Positions 1 through 10,411 of a stretch of 64,000 nucleotides of DNA are shown piece after piece. The stretch is from a virus, in IMG/VR virus record IMGVR_UViG_3300027244_000003. The stretch is one strand, 5' to 3'. Under the pieces are notes generated by a model. It did not search any database. It was given only the letters and a program-made list of their open reading frames with translations, and was not told where the DNA came from. A program made the translations under genes and the position numbers. Position 1 is the stretch's first letter, and every line of letters begins with the position of its first letter.

Positions 1-41
1 ATTGTCTGAAACACAGTTGTTAGAATTTCTAAAGGTATAAT

Positions 42-1115
42 ATGGCAAGCATCTTAGACAAAATTAAAAAGAATTCCACAATCAAAGACTCTGCGATTCT
101 TTCTGAATCAAAGTTCTTTAAGAAGAAGGATATGATTCCTACTTCTGTTCCAATTATCAACGTAGCCTTATCAGGTCGCCTTGATGGTGGACTCACTCCA
201 GGTATTACAATGTGGGCTGGTCCATCGAAACACTTTAAAACTGCTTTCAGTTTACTGATGGCAAAATCTTATCTTGACAAATATCCAGATGCTGCTTTAC
301 TTTTTTACGATTCTGAGTTCGGTACTCCTCAGTCTTACTTTGATACTTTCGGAATCGACACGTCACGTGTTGTGCACACTCCCCTTACCGATGTAGAACA
401 ATTGAAGTTTGACATCATGCAACAACTATCTGAAGTTGAGCGTGGTGAGCATTTGATTATTGTAATTGACTCAATTGGTAATCTTGCTTCTAAGAAAGAA
501 GTTGAAGATGCTATGGAAGGTAAGTCTGTTGGTGATATGACTAGAGCAAAACAACTAAAGAGTTTGTTCCGTATGGTTACACCACATCTGAACTTAAAAG
601 ACATTCCACTGGTTGTTGTTAATCACACCTACATGGAAATTGGTATGTTCCCTAAAGCAATCGTTGGTGGTGGTACTGGTGCAATGTATTCCGCAGATAA
701 CGTATACATTCTTGGTCGTCAGCAAGAGAAAGAAGGCACAGAGATTGTAGGTTACAACTTTATCATCAACGTGGAGAAAAGTCGTTATGTCAAAGAAAAA
801 TCCAAAATCCCTGTTAGTGTATCTTTTGATGGTGGTCTATCTAAGTGGTCTGGTCTACTTGACGTGGCGCTTGAGTCAGGACATGTCATCAAGCCATCGA
901 ATGGTTGGTATCAAAAGGTAAACAAAGAAACTGGTGAGATCGATGACAAGAAATATCGCATCAAAGATACAGACTCAAAAGAGTTCTGGTTGCCAATTCT
1001 TACAAGTAAGTCGTTCTATGATTTTATCAAGAACAAATATTCAATCGGTCAGGGCGAAGTAATGATGCGTGATGAATTAGATACTGCACTAGAAGCATTA
1101 GAGTTCGATGAATAA
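42..1115 (+). CDS. uvsX: UvsX RecA-like recombinase
   Basis: Walker A GPSKHFKT, YDSEFG, IDSIGNLASKKE; precedes gp40/gp41 as in T4-like phages. Confidence 0.95.
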   Translation: MASILDKIKKNSTIKDSAILSESKFFKKKDMIPTSVPIINVALSGRLDGGLTPGITMWAGPSKHFKTAFSLLMAKSYLDKYPDAALLFYDSEFGTPQSYFDTFGIDTSRVVHTPLTDVEQLKFDIMQQLSEVERGEHLIIVIDSIGNLASKKEVEDAMEGKSVGDMTRAKQLKSLFRMVTPHLNLKDIPLVVVNHTYMEIGMFPKAIVGGGTGAMYSADNVYILGRQQEKEGTEIVGYNFIINVEKSRYVKEKSKIPVSVSFDGGLSKWSGLLDVALESGHVIKPSNGWYQKVNKETGEIDDKKYRIKDTDSKEFWLPILTSKSFYDFIKNKYSIGQGEVMMRDELDTALEALEFDE

Positions 1116-1443
1116 ACATCTTGCAGAACCGCCAGTTACAGTAGTCGAGAATAGGAAGACTGGTCTCGACGCATTACGTTTGACTGATGGACCATACAAA
1201 GGTATAATCTATACCTATGGAAAAGTTTCTTTTGATGAAGAAGGAACCGAGAAGGTTCATATGAAATTTGAATATGACATCCTAGAAGATTCAGGTGTTA
1301 GTTATGATGACGATGAATTTGAAATATACATTGGTCACATTCTCCAACACTTGATCACTAAGCAACTCCAAGAAAATAGCATTACATACACTGGTGGAAT
1401 TGATGAGAATAGAACAGAAGATCCTGAGCAGTCTGATACATGA
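1108..1443 (+). CDS. gp40-like head vertex assembly chaperone
   Basis: Small acidic ORF between uvsX and gp41 (T4 synteny). Confidence 0.6.
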   Translation: MNKHLAEPPVTVVENRKTGLDALRLTDGPYKGIIYTYGKVSFDEEGTEKVHMKFEYDILEDSGVSYDDDEFEIYIGHILQHLITKQLQENSITYTGGIDENRTEDPEQSDT

Positions 1444-2797
1444 TGAAAAGTATTGTCGTAAAGTTATCCCATTTATTAAAAAAGATTATTTCTCTGAACG
1501 AAACGAAGCTGTCCTTGCAACTGAAGTAATTAAATTCTTCACAACATATAACAAGCCAGCAACTAAAGAGATTTTATCAATTGAAGTAGGTAACAGGAAA
1601 GACTTAAACGATAAAGAACTGTCAGACATTAATGAATACATAAAAAACATCAGCAATGAACCAGTCAATGAAGACTGGTTGATGGAAAACACCGAGAAAT
1701 TTTGTAAAGACAGGGCTGTATATAATGCAATTCTTAAATCAATCCAAATTATTGATGGTCGGGATAAAACCCATACAAGTGATGCTCTTCCCTCTATTCT
1801 TAGTGATGCTCTTGCTGTGTCTTTCGATAACCATGTTGGTCATGATTACATCGATGACCATACAAGTCGTTATGAATTCTATCACAGGGTTGAAGAAAAA
1901 GTTCCTTTCGATTTGGATATTTTTAACAAAATCACCAAAGGTGGATTGAGTAAGAAAACTTTAAACATTGTATTGGCTGGTACTGGTGTTGGTAAGTCTC
2001 TGTTCATGTGTCACATGGCTGCAGGAGTATTGACTCAGGGTAGGAATGTTCTTTACATTACTATGGAGATGGCTGAAGAAAGAATCGCAGAACGTATCGA
2101 TGCAAACTTACTGAACCTTACTATGGATGAGTTGAAAGTTATCGATAAAGATATTTACGAGAATCGTATTGATAAGATTGCTAAAAAGACTAAAGGTAAG
2201 TTGATCATTAAAGAATATCCAACTGCTGGCGCACACTCTGGTCACTTCAGAGCATTGTTGGAAGAATTAAAGTTGAAGAGAGAATATGCGCCAGACATCA
2301 TATTCATTGACTATTTGAACATTTGTGCGTCTCAACGCATGAAGCAAGGTGGAAGTGTTAACTCTTATACATATATTAAGAGTATTGCAGAAGAGTTAAG
2401 GGGTCTTGCAGTTGAGTATAATGTTCCGATTGTATCGGCTACACAAACTACTCGATCTGGATTCACAAACTCTGATCCAGGACTCGAAGATACTTCAGAG
2501 TCATTCGGCTTACCAGCAACTGCTGACTTTATGGTTGCATTGATTAGCAATGAAGAATTAGAACAGTTGAATCAAATAATTGTCAAGCAATTAAAAAACA
2601 GGTATAATGATCCTAGTTACTTTAAAAGATTCGTAGTTGGGATTGATAGATCTAAAATGAGGTTGTATGATGTCGAAGCCTCTGCACAAATTGGATTGTC
2701 TGACTCTGGTCAAGAAGATGATGGTCCAGTTTTTGACAAAGGTACATTTGGTAAGAGAATGAATACTGAAGAAAAATTTAGCGGATTTAAGTTTTAG
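1403..2797 (+). CDS. 41: gp41 replicative DnaB-like helicase
   Basis: AGTGVGKS Walker A, IDYLNIC, SATQTTRSG, QLKNRY. Confidence 0.95.
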   Translation: MRIEQKILSSLIHDEKYCRKVIPFIKKDYFSERNEAVLATEVIKFFTTYNKPATKEILSIEVGNRKDLNDKELSDINEYIKNISNEPVNEDWLMENTEKFCKDRAVYNAILKSIQIIDGRDKTHTSDALPSILSDALAVSFDNHVGHDYIDDHTSRYEFYHRVEEKVPFDLDIFNKITKGGLSKKTLNIVLAGTGVGKSLFMCHMAAGVLTQGRNVLYITMEMAEERIAERIDANLLNLTMDELKVIDKDIYENRIDKIAKKTKGKLIIKEYPTAGAHSGHFRALLEELKLKREYAPDIIFIDYLNICASQRMKQGGSVNSYTYIKSIAEELRGLAVEYNVPIVSATQTTRSGFTNSDPGLEDTSESFGLPATADFMVALISNEELEQLNQIIVKQLKNRYNDPSYFKRFVVGIDRSKMRLYDVEASAQIGLSDSGQEDDGPVFDKGTFGKRMNTEEKFSGFKF

Positions 2798-2805
2798 GAG
2801 AGAAT

Positions 2806-4107
2806 ATGGTAAAAGTTATCGTAGCAAAAGAAAAGTTTGATTGTTCAAAGTTAGAAGGAACATTCGTAGACGAATCTCATTATGATCATCTCATCGAAGA
2901 AGATACTGATGTTTACATGCCATCATCAATTGATGGTGGAGATCCTTACAGTGAGAAGCGTATTGTTCTAAAGTTTCGTAAGAACTACTTCACACAAGAG
3001 CAACAAGATCAAGCATATCTTGGTCTGAAAGATGCAGCAACTGAAACTCAGAACAGAGGTAAAGCAGCTGGACCACGTGGCGACAAATTGGGTAATCGTG
3101 AGTGGGTTACTGAGTATGAATATGCCATCTTAGAATACTTTGAAGAAGCAAAGGCTATGCTTGGTGAAGATCCAGTTGAACAGATTCGTCAGAAATATAA
3201 AAACGCTGTTCAGAAACCATCCACACGAAATAATGTTTGGGGTATCCAAGCAGTTAAGAAAGATGGTTTTGATTTCGAGAAGTGGGTTGAAGCGACAAGC
3301 AAACTATCAGATACAGAACAACATTACGAATCCCTGCGCATTCAAAAGAAATATGTTTGTCCAACAACTTATGCTAATGGAGTTCTTTCTGGCATTGCTG
3401 GTTGGTTCGATCGTTACCCACGTATCCCTTATGGTCGTGCTACTTCTTATACTGCAAATAACTTTGAAAAGTTTAAGATGTCATATCCATTCCTTCAGCA
3501 ACTATCTAAAGGATTTAAGGAATATCTTCCAGAGCGTTTTGCAGCGCAGATGTCTGCAGCAAACAAACTTGATTCAGCATTCTTAGTTCCTGAAACTCCA
3601 TTCACAACTATCACTGTTAACAATACATTTAGAACTGCTGCTCACTACGATGCAGGTGACTTGAATGAAGGTTTGTCGAATCTATTGACATTGTCTAATG
3701 ATGGTAAGTATACTGGTGGATATCTGATTGCTCCTGAGTATCGTGTTGCAGTTAATCCACGTCCAGGTGATTTGCTTCTTATCAACAATCACGAAGTTAT
3801 GCATGGTAATACTCCGATTGTTTGTCCAGAAGGTTCAGAGCGTATTAGTCTTGTTGTTTACTTCAGAGAAAAGATGCTCGAGTTGGGTAGCAAAGCATAT
3901 GAAGATGCACGCTATGAATATGTAGAGGGACGCAGGTTAAATAAAGAACACCCAGAACATAAAGATCGCCATCTTTGGAATGGTGTTACTGCAGGTATGT
4001 GGGATGAGAAAGAGTGGTATGACTTCTTGAGTGCTAAACAGGGTGGTGAAGATATGCTTGCTAAATATCATCCTACAACCAAAGGTGCTCTTGAGGAGTT
4101 TTTCTAA
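2806..4107 (+). CDS. TET/JBP-family 2OG-Fe(II) nucleobase dioxygenase
   Basis: RTAAHYDAGD (HxD), HEVMHGNTPI (distal His), RISLVVYFREKM (2OG-binding Arg), the TET/JBP-type motif set. Confidence 0.8.
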   Translation: MVKVIVAKEKFDCSKLEGTFVDESHYDHLIEEDTDVYMPSSIDGGDPYSEKRIVLKFRKNYFTQEQQDQAYLGLKDAATETQNRGKAAGPRGDKLGNREWVTEYEYAILEYFEEAKAMLGEDPVEQIRQKYKNAVQKPSTRNNVWGIQAVKKDGFDFEKWVEATSKLSDTEQHYESLRIQKKYVCPTTYANGVLSGIAGWFDRYPRIPYGRATSYTANNFEKFKMSYPFLQQLSKGFKEYLPERFAAQMSAANKLDSAFLVPETPFTTITVNNTFRTAAHYDAGDLNEGLSNLLTLSNDGKYTGGYLIAPEYRVAVNPRPGDLLLINNHEVMHGNTPIVCPEGSERISLVVYFREKMLELGSKAYEDARYEYVEGRRLNKEHPEHKDRHLWNGVTAGMWDEKEWYDFLSAKQGGEDMLAKYHPTTKGALEEFF

Positions 4108-4109
4108 TA

Positions 4110-4805
4110 ATGTGTTCCATAATTGGTGCTGTGTTAAAGAATCCTCGTCATGAGGATTTTGAAATGATTCGTAGAGTATTCCTTGAGTCTAAGATTCGAG
4201 GAATGCATGCGACAGGTATATCTTTTTTACCGCATTGGAGTAAGTCAGTTGTAACTATCAAAGAAGCAATGCCATCTGATAGATTTATTGATACTCATAT
4301 GCATATTGATAATATGAAGGAGATGGTTAATGACGATGGTACTCTTTACCTTATTGGTCACTGTAGATATAGCACTAGCGATTTATCTTATAATCAACCG
4401 CTAGCAAATGAATTGAAGTCCATTGTTCATAATGGAGTTATTACACAAGAACTTCCTGAGAACTGGGGTAACATTTATCCTTACACATTTGAAACTAAGA
4501 ATGACTCTGAGTTAGTATTACATTCAGATGACCCACTCAGAGAGTTCCCAGATGCATCTATGGCAGTGTGTGAACTTTATGTAGATCGTAAGTTGCGATT
4601 CTATCGTAATGGTAAACGTCCATTATACTTGACAAGTATTGAATGTGGGAGTATAATTACCTCTACGGCAGATGTTCCAAAACGTGCTGAGGTTGCAGGG
4701 TTTCCAGTTAATGTTCTTATGAATCATTACAATACATTTGATGGTGACCTTGCATTGACGATTGAGCGAGTTGATATTAAAGATGCATTAGATTACCAAA
4801 AATGA
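4110..4805 (+). CDS. Class II (Ntn) glutamine amidotransferase domain protein
   Basis: N-terminal Cys2 (MCSIIG), RGMHATG, GHCRYST, HNGVI, NDSE. Confidence 0.85.
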   Translation: MCSIIGAVLKNPRHEDFEMIRRVFLESKIRGMHATGISFLPHWSKSVVTIKEAMPSDRFIDTHMHIDNMKEMVNDDGTLYLIGHCRYSTSDLSYNQPLANELKSIVHNGVITQELPENWGNIYPYTFETKNDSELVLHSDDPLREFPDASMAVCELYVDRKLRFYRNGKRPLYLTSIECGSIITSTADVPKRAEVAGFPVNVLMNHYNTFDGDLALTIERVDIKDALDYQK

Positions 4806-5440
4806 TATTAGTTGATTTAGCAAAAGTAGAAAACATTATTTCAAATAGTCCAGCTGGTAAGAATACAAAATTCTTATCGGCTGCACATTCATTATGGTAT
4901 CGGTTTCACAATTATGACAAAGCATTACCAATGGCTTATGAAGTTAATGGTGATGTTGTTTGTTTAATCTTTGCTACATTCAATCGTGATGGTTATGCCA
5001 ACCTGTATGAGATCGTAACACTCGAAGGAAAAGAAGGAAATGGATACGCATCAAAGTGTTGGGACGCATGGATTAAATACGCAGTCGAAGAACGAAAGTC
5101 TAAACGACTTAAAATCTCTTGCACACCTTCTTCAGTCACATGGCATTATCGCAATGGACTCATCTTCTGGGCAGTTGACCCGACTGGCTCGTTACGTTCT
5201 GACCAACCATTATTCTCAACTAGGCAAGAGCAAATTAGCTACAGAAATAATGCTATTATCAATCCATCCTCTGCTCTGCCACCAAGCAAAGCACAAGATC
5301 AGTTTAGGTTAGAAGGATTAGAATTATATAAATGGGGTGACAAGAAGAAAGAAAAAACTCAAACAGCAATTGATGCAGTTGGTACAGCATGGCTACGAGA
5401 TGCTCTTATGAATCAACCAACACTACAAGAATTTTTATAA
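4802..5440 (+). CDS. GNAT-like acetyltransferase
   Basis: Motif A-like LYEIVTLEGKEGNGYAS; stop/start coupled within the modification cassette. Confidence 0.6.
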   Translation: MILVDLAKVENIISNSPAGKNTKFLSAAHSLWYRFHNYDKALPMAYEVNGDVVCLIFATFNRDGYANLYEIVTLEGKEGNGYASKCWDAWIKYAVEERKSKRLKISCTPSSVTWHYRNGLIFWAVDPTGSLRSDQPLFSTRQEQISYRNNAIINPSSALPPSKAQDQFRLEGLELYKWGDKKKEKTQTAIDAVGTAWLRDALMNQPTLQEFL

Positions 5441-6456
5441 TGGATTATCGTTTACAAGAAAATCGTAAAGAAGCATTCATACGCTGGTACGCATGGTCAT
5501 TGAAGTATGATGATTGTGATCCAGCAGTATGGGCAACGAACTATCTTAATAAAAGATATGAACACAATGATGAACAGCGTCTTTGGTTTGCATGGCTTTA
5601 TGGTAATACATACCAGTTGCAAACTGCATGGGTACTAATGAATGAGTTTCCTGATTATGAATTAGCAACAGTTGATAGAATCACTCAATGGAATACAGCT
5701 AACTATAAGAGACTACGATATCAAACTGATACAAAGTGGAACAAAGGACATCTTCCTGCCATGTTCGAGTCTTACCAAAAATTTATAGGAAGTGGAACAC
5801 AACGTGATAGGATGGAAAGTTTTTATGCATCATCAGAGGAAGACACTTTTGATAGACTGTGGGATGGGGTTAAGTCGAGCCTGCATAAATTTGGTCGTTA
5901 TTCCACTTGGTTTTACTTACAGCATCTTAAACATACTGCTGGCATCTCTGTTAATCCTACTTCTCTCATGCTGGACGATTATGATGGTTCCCGTAGTCAT
6001 CGTAATGGACTTCTGTATGCCCTTGGACAAGAATCCGATTGTGATCGAAGACTCAGTAATATGGAGTATTCAAACCTCGAAGTACATGCAAAAGAAATTC
6101 TGGAAGAAAGTAAAAGACGATTCCCTGACTTAGCAGGACAGATTGATTTCTTTACCATGGAAACCTGCTTGTGTTCTTTTAAGAAACTATTCAGAGAACA
6201 CCATGGACGTTACCTTGGTTACTATCTAGATCGTCAGGCTGAAGAGATTGTTAAAGCAGAGAATGATAGTTGGTATGGTATTGATTGGGATGTTCTTTGG
6301 CAAGCACGTGAAGAAACAATTGATTTTAGATTAGACCATAAACGTGGTATCGATAAAGAAAGGTTTTCTTCTTTCCTGAATTCAGGTAAATTAGAAAATT
6401 TAGAATGGATGTTTAATGATGAAGAATCTATACTAATTGGATTGGAGAATTTTTAA
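5440..6456 (+). CDS. alpha-glutamyl/putrescinyl-thymine pyrophosphorylase (aGPT-PPlase; amino acid/amine:DNA transferase) family protein
   Basis: HhH-like KFGRYSTWFYLQ and C-terminal ETCLCSFKK...GRYLGYY motifs; neighbours a kinase and TET/JBP. Confidence 0.75.
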   Translation: MDYRLQENRKEAFIRWYAWSLKYDDCDPAVWATNYLNKRYEHNDEQRLWFAWLYGNTYQLQTAWVLMNEFPDYELATVDRITQWNTANYKRLRYQTDTKWNKGHLPAMFESYQKFIGSGTQRDRMESFYASSEEDTFDRLWDGVKSSLHKFGRYSTWFYLQHLKHTAGISVNPTSLMLDDYDGSRSHRNGLLYALGQESDCDRRLSNMEYSNLEVHAKEILEESKRRFPDLAGQIDFFTMETCLCSFKKLFREHHGRYLGYYLDRQAEEIVKAENDSWYGIDWDVLWQAREETIDFRLDHKRGIDKERFSSFLNSGKLENLEWMFNDEESILIGLENF

Positions 6457-6899
6457 TGGCTATTAATAAACCACAGCCCAACTGGGGTGATAATATGATT
6501 GTGACTGGTACAGGTTTACAACCATTTTCAAATGGTGGGACTCTCAGTATCAATACTGCAATGAATACAGGCACTGTTGCAGCAAGTGGATCTTATACTA
6601 CAAATACCATAAGTGTACAAAAACCTGTAGATGAAGTTTTAGATCAATTTGATATGAATGAAGTTGTCGTTGAACATAAAGTTACAACATTTGAACTTGC
6701 CAAATTGAAAGAAACTGTAGACTACCACGACATCATTAAACAAAATTTGTCTAAGAAGATTTCTGAAAGTATAATTAACAAAGCAAGATTCACGAAGAAG
6801 CAAGATCTTGACTCAGATACTATATCTTTTCGTGGAAGAGTATGGGTATTTAATAAAGAAGAATTGATGGATTTAATAAAGGAAGTCAGAAATGTTTGA
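6456..6899 (+). CDS. hypothetical protein
   Basis: Coupled ORF within the cassette, no recognisable motif. Confidence 0.7.
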   Translation: MAINKPQPNWGDNMIVTGTGLQPFSNGGTLSINTAMNTGTVAASGSYTTNTISVQKPVDEVLDQFDMNEVVVEHKVTTFELAKLKETVDYHDIIKQNLSKKISESIINKARFTKKQDLDSDTISFRGRVWVFNKEELMDLIKEVRNV

Positions 6900-7494
6900 T
6901 AAATTTGGAGTAGTTGACGAGATTAGTGTTCAGTTGATTAGAAACCCCACTAAGACTAGAAAGATTATCGCAGTTGGTGGGCAACCTGGAACTGGTAAGA
7001 CTACACTGTTTCGTAAATTTATGGAAAATAAACAGTGGATTGTAGGTGAACCAGCCAAGTTGGTATCAGCATCCTATAATACCGAACGAGATCTATACAT
7101 CCTTGGTAAATATGATGAGGGTGAAACCTTTGCTGGAACAGATCGGCTTTCGATGGCAGTCCAACCAAACCTCCAAGAGTGGGTTAAGTCTAATAACTGC
7201 AATATCCTTTTCGAGGGAGATCGAGTCTTCAACCAGTCATTCCTAGAGTTTTGTATGGAGTTACCTAATACCGAATTGCAAGTGGTCTATTTGGCAGTCC
7301 CGAAACCTATGTTAGAACAGAGATACAAAAATAGGGGTTCTGACCAGTCTGAAACTTTCCTAAAGGGTCGGGAGACTAAATATAGTAATCTATTGTCAAA
7401 CTTTGACTTGATGCCTTATATTACTGAGTTTGTAAACACTAACTTAGAGGAGCAGGGGAAAGTACTTGCGCACTTGGAGAAACAGTTTAGTTAA
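6892..7494 (+). CDS. P-loop nucleotide/DNA kinase of base-modification cassettes
   Basis: GGQPGTGKTT, GTDRLSM, FEGDR, RGS lid. Confidence 0.75.
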   Translation: MFDKFGVVDEISVQLIRNPTKTRKIIAVGGQPGTGKTTLFRKFMENKQWIVGEPAKLVSASYNTERDLYILGKYDEGETFAGTDRLSMAVQPNLQEWVKSNNCNILFEGDRVFNQSFLEFCMELPNTELQVVYLAVPKPMLEQRYKNRGSDQSETFLKGRETKYSNLLSNFDLMPYITEFVNTNLEEQGKVLAHLEKQFS

Positions 7495-7514
7495 GCAAGA
7501 ACTTTCTGGGAACT

Positions 7515-8210
7515 ATGAACTTCCTAGAAAAAGCCAATTACGACTGGATGGAACTGCTCAACTTTTATGAGCGTCCATTCAGAGCTAAACTCACACCCTC
7601 AAAAGTCTGGATTGATCTAGATCGTTATAAGAACGATTCTGTCGGTCTTGCCAACTATGCTAAGAAGTGGCGCACCAAAGTCGAATGGCGTAAGGAAAAG
7701 TCTAAAGCAAAGTGGACTGAAACCTATGTAGGAATTGGTGGTGAATATGCTCCAGATGAGAGACAGATAACCATACAAATCTATACTGATAGGTTCAATT
7801 CATTCTCCTTTACAAATAAGTCTTGGACAGCATTTAAGATGAGATTTATTCAAACTCTCATGCACGAATTGATACACTTCATGCAGTACGAGAGAAGAGA
7901 TGACTCATGGAGTAACTACGTTGTACCATATAAAAAGGTGGGTATAGCAAAGAAGGATGAACAGAGAGCATACCTCTCTGAGTTTGATGAGATACAAGCA
8001 TATGCGCATTGTGTGTATCTAGATTTTAAGATGCGTAGACCCAGAGTAGAAATCAACATCCTGTTGAATCGTTATAAAAAGAAACGAGATTCGTCTACTC
8101 TTCACTTCTTCTTAAAGACGTTTGATTACGATTTAAGAAACAACATGGCCACTCGAAAGATCATAGATCAAATCGGTAAATGGGATCGTAAATACAACCG
8201 AATGACTTGA
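7515..8210 (+). CDS. HExxH zincin-like hypothetical protein
   Basis: HELIHFMQ followed by YL..DEIQAYA. Confidence 0.55.
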   Translation: MNFLEKANYDWMELLNFYERPFRAKLTPSKVWIDLDRYKNDSVGLANYAKKWRTKVEWRKEKSKAKWTETYVGIGGEYAPDERQITIQIYTDRFNSFSFTNKSWTAFKMRFIQTLMHELIHFMQYERRDDSWSNYVVPYKKVGIAKKDEQRAYLSEFDEIQAYAHCVYLDFKMRRPRVEINILLNRYKKKRDSSTLHFFLKTFDYDLRNNMATRKIIDQIGKWDRKYNRMT

Positions 8211-8242
8211 CCTAAATAGTTGATTATTGTAAGATCAACTAT

Positions 8243-9622
8243 ATGGCATACAAATATCCTGAAATGGCTTTAACAGCCAAGAACATATCAGACTTTCTTA
8301 AGAAGAAAGGTGCTGGTGCTTCTGTAAAAACATCCAGATATCAGACTCAGATTAAGTCTGTAGAAGTAGCACATCCAGGAACTTTGGAAGATCTTCTAAA
8401 ATCTTCTGGTATAAAAGGTAAGTTAAGTGACATTAGCGCAACAGATGAGAAGGCGATCTCTGGTAAGTACAAAGCAAAGTTACTGACACTTACTACAGCA
8501 ATTGCTGATTGTAAGACTGGTGCCACTTGTTTCATTCTCAATACATTTACTGAGAAGGGTACTCTCAAGACTAAAGATCTAGCACCAGAGAAATTAAATT
8601 TAACTATTGCTTCTGGGTATACTGATATTGCTAAATTCGATAAGGCTGTGTATGCAGGTATCGATAATCTTAAAGTTGGAGCAGATATCAAAACTGTTTT
8701 AACAGAATTGTATAGATCTATTGTTGATAATAAAACCACTAAAGATAGTATCACAATGAATGCTGCTGCCAAGAAAGCAATGGTCTCAATTAAGCCACAA
8801 GATCGTCAAGCAATCGGTAAAGACTTTGGGGAAATTTTATCACTTCGTTGGTATCTAACCCAACCATTCGGTAAGGGTTATACAAAGTTTGGATTCTCTG
8901 TTATCAGTAATGAAGCATTGGTTGACTTTTATCTTGATAAAAAGGTTGGTAATAAATCTGTTCACGTAGATGTATCTGCTAAATTCGAAGCAGGTGCTGC
9001 TCCATCAATTGGTGCTATTGTTAATAACATCGGCAAAGTCTATAAGACACCAACAGCAGAAGAAAAGAAAGCCATCGGAGTTTTACAGGCTTTGGCTGGT
9101 GCTGATGATAATACTTCTACAAAAATTCTTAAAGCATTCGAGACTTTAAAGTTACCCTCTTACACTACTCTAAAATCTATAGTTGGTGCAAAGGGAGCAT
9201 TCACTATTGCAGATGTATCTGCAGCTATACAGAAAATAGCAACTGCAAGTAAAACTCCAGCCAACAGAATCAAGATGTTCAATACAGAATATGCTCCGAT
9301 GTACGAGTCCTTGGGTAAGAATGCTAGTCCAGATTCATTAGCTGTAGTCTTTAGCACTCCAACTTATAAAAAATACTATTCTTTAATCTTAGCCCCAATG
9401 GGATATGCTTTAGTCGAGTATATGAATAAGAATAAGATCTATCAAGAAATCTTAAATAACATTAGTAGAGAGATGAAGACTGAACAGGTCTATCTAAACT
9501 TCGTTGGCGACTCGATGACCTTCTCTAAGAAGTTGTTTTCTAACGCTGAATTTAAGTTTGCATATGGAGCCAATGCCAAGGATTCCGACAATACAGGTAT
9601 AAAGTTCTCGATGAAACATTGA
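8243..9622 (+). CDS. hypothetical protein, possible PD-(D/E)xK nuclease fold
   Basis: DFGE...LVDFY...VSAK pattern; CTAAATA late-promoter variant upstream. Confidence 0.45.
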   Translation: MAYKYPEMALTAKNISDFLKKKGAGASVKTSRYQTQIKSVEVAHPGTLEDLLKSSGIKGKLSDISATDEKAISGKYKAKLLTLTTAIADCKTGATCFILNTFTEKGTLKTKDLAPEKLNLTIASGYTDIAKFDKAVYAGIDNLKVGADIKTVLTELYRSIVDNKTTKDSITMNAAAKKAMVSIKPQDRQAIGKDFGEILSLRWYLTQPFGKGYTKFGFSVISNEALVDFYLDKKVGNKSVHVDVSAKFEAGAAPSIGAIVNNIGKVYKTPTAEEKKAIGVLQALAGADDNTSTKILKAFETLKLPSYTTLKSIVGAKGAFTIADVSAAIQKIATASKTPANRIKMFNTEYAPMYESLGKNASPDSLAVVFSTPTYKKYYSLILAPMGYALVEYMNKNKIYQEILNNISREMKTEQVYLNFVGDSMTFSKKLFSNAEFKFAYGANAKDSDNTGIKFSMKH

Positions 9623-9626
9623 GGAT

Positions 9627-9634
9627 TATAAATA
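9627..9634 (+). promoter_or_regulatory. T4-type late promoter (gp55)
   Basis: Exact TATAAATA 27 nt upstream of the ORF at 9662. Confidence 0.75.
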
Positions 9635-9661
9635 AGATATAATACTATACAGATGGATTAA

Positions 9662-10411
9662 ATGAAAGATTACAAACAATTATTAAAAGAACTCCCATCT
9701 AAAACGGTAGTTCTAGCCTGTGGTAAGTTTAACCCTCCAAACGTGGGTCATGAACTTATTGTAAAGGCTGTCAAAGCACTGGCTGAGCAACGTAGCGCAG
9801 ACCACGTAATCTATGCATCCACTGTTAGCGATGCGAAAAAGAATCCACTATTAGTAGAAAAGAAACTTCAGTATTTGAATCTGATTTTTCCTAAGACCAA
9901 CTTTGTCGAATCTGAAAAGAATTTGGTAGATATCGTTAAGAGTCTAAAAGAAAACTATTCAAATATTATTTTAGTGACTGGCGCAGAAGTTCCACGAGCA
10001 CTAAAGAAGTATAATGTTACTGTTATCAATACTGGAGAAAGCGATCCAGACGAATCTGAAACTATTCGTTCATTCGCTTCCAAGGGATTGTATGAACAGT
10101 TTAAGAAAGCACTACCATCATCTATTAGAGATCTTGATAGTCGTAGATTAATGAATGACATAAGAACTGGTCTTGGTTTAGATATAATCAAAGAGCAGAT
10201 CAATCTAGTTAAAGACGATATTCGTGAGATGTATCACTCAGGTGAAATCTTTAATGTCGGAGAAGTTGTTGAGTCTAATGGTAAGAAGTATGAGATTGTT
10301 AAGCGTGGTTCAAACCATCTACTATTAAAAGAAGACTCTGGTAAATTAGTATCTAAATGGATACAAGATGTTAAAATAATTACATTTAAAGAACATATAA
10401 AAAATGGATGA
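9662..10411 (+). CDS. Cytidylyltransferase-like (HIGH) domain virion protein
   Basis: GKFNPPNVGH, KKNPL; N-terminal MKDYKQLLKE. Confidence 0.65.
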   Translation: MKDYKQLLKELPSKTVVLACGKFNPPNVGHELIVKAVKALAEQRSADHVIYASTVSDAKKNPLLVEKKLQYLNLIFPKTNFVESEKNLVDIVKSLKENYSNIILVTGAEVPRALKKYNVTVINTGESDPDESETIRSFASKGLYEQFKKALPSSIRDLDSRRLMNDIRTGLGLDIIKEQINLVKDDIREMYHSGEIFNVGEVVESNGKKYEIVKRGSNHLLLKEDSGKLVSKWIQDVKIITFKEHIKNG

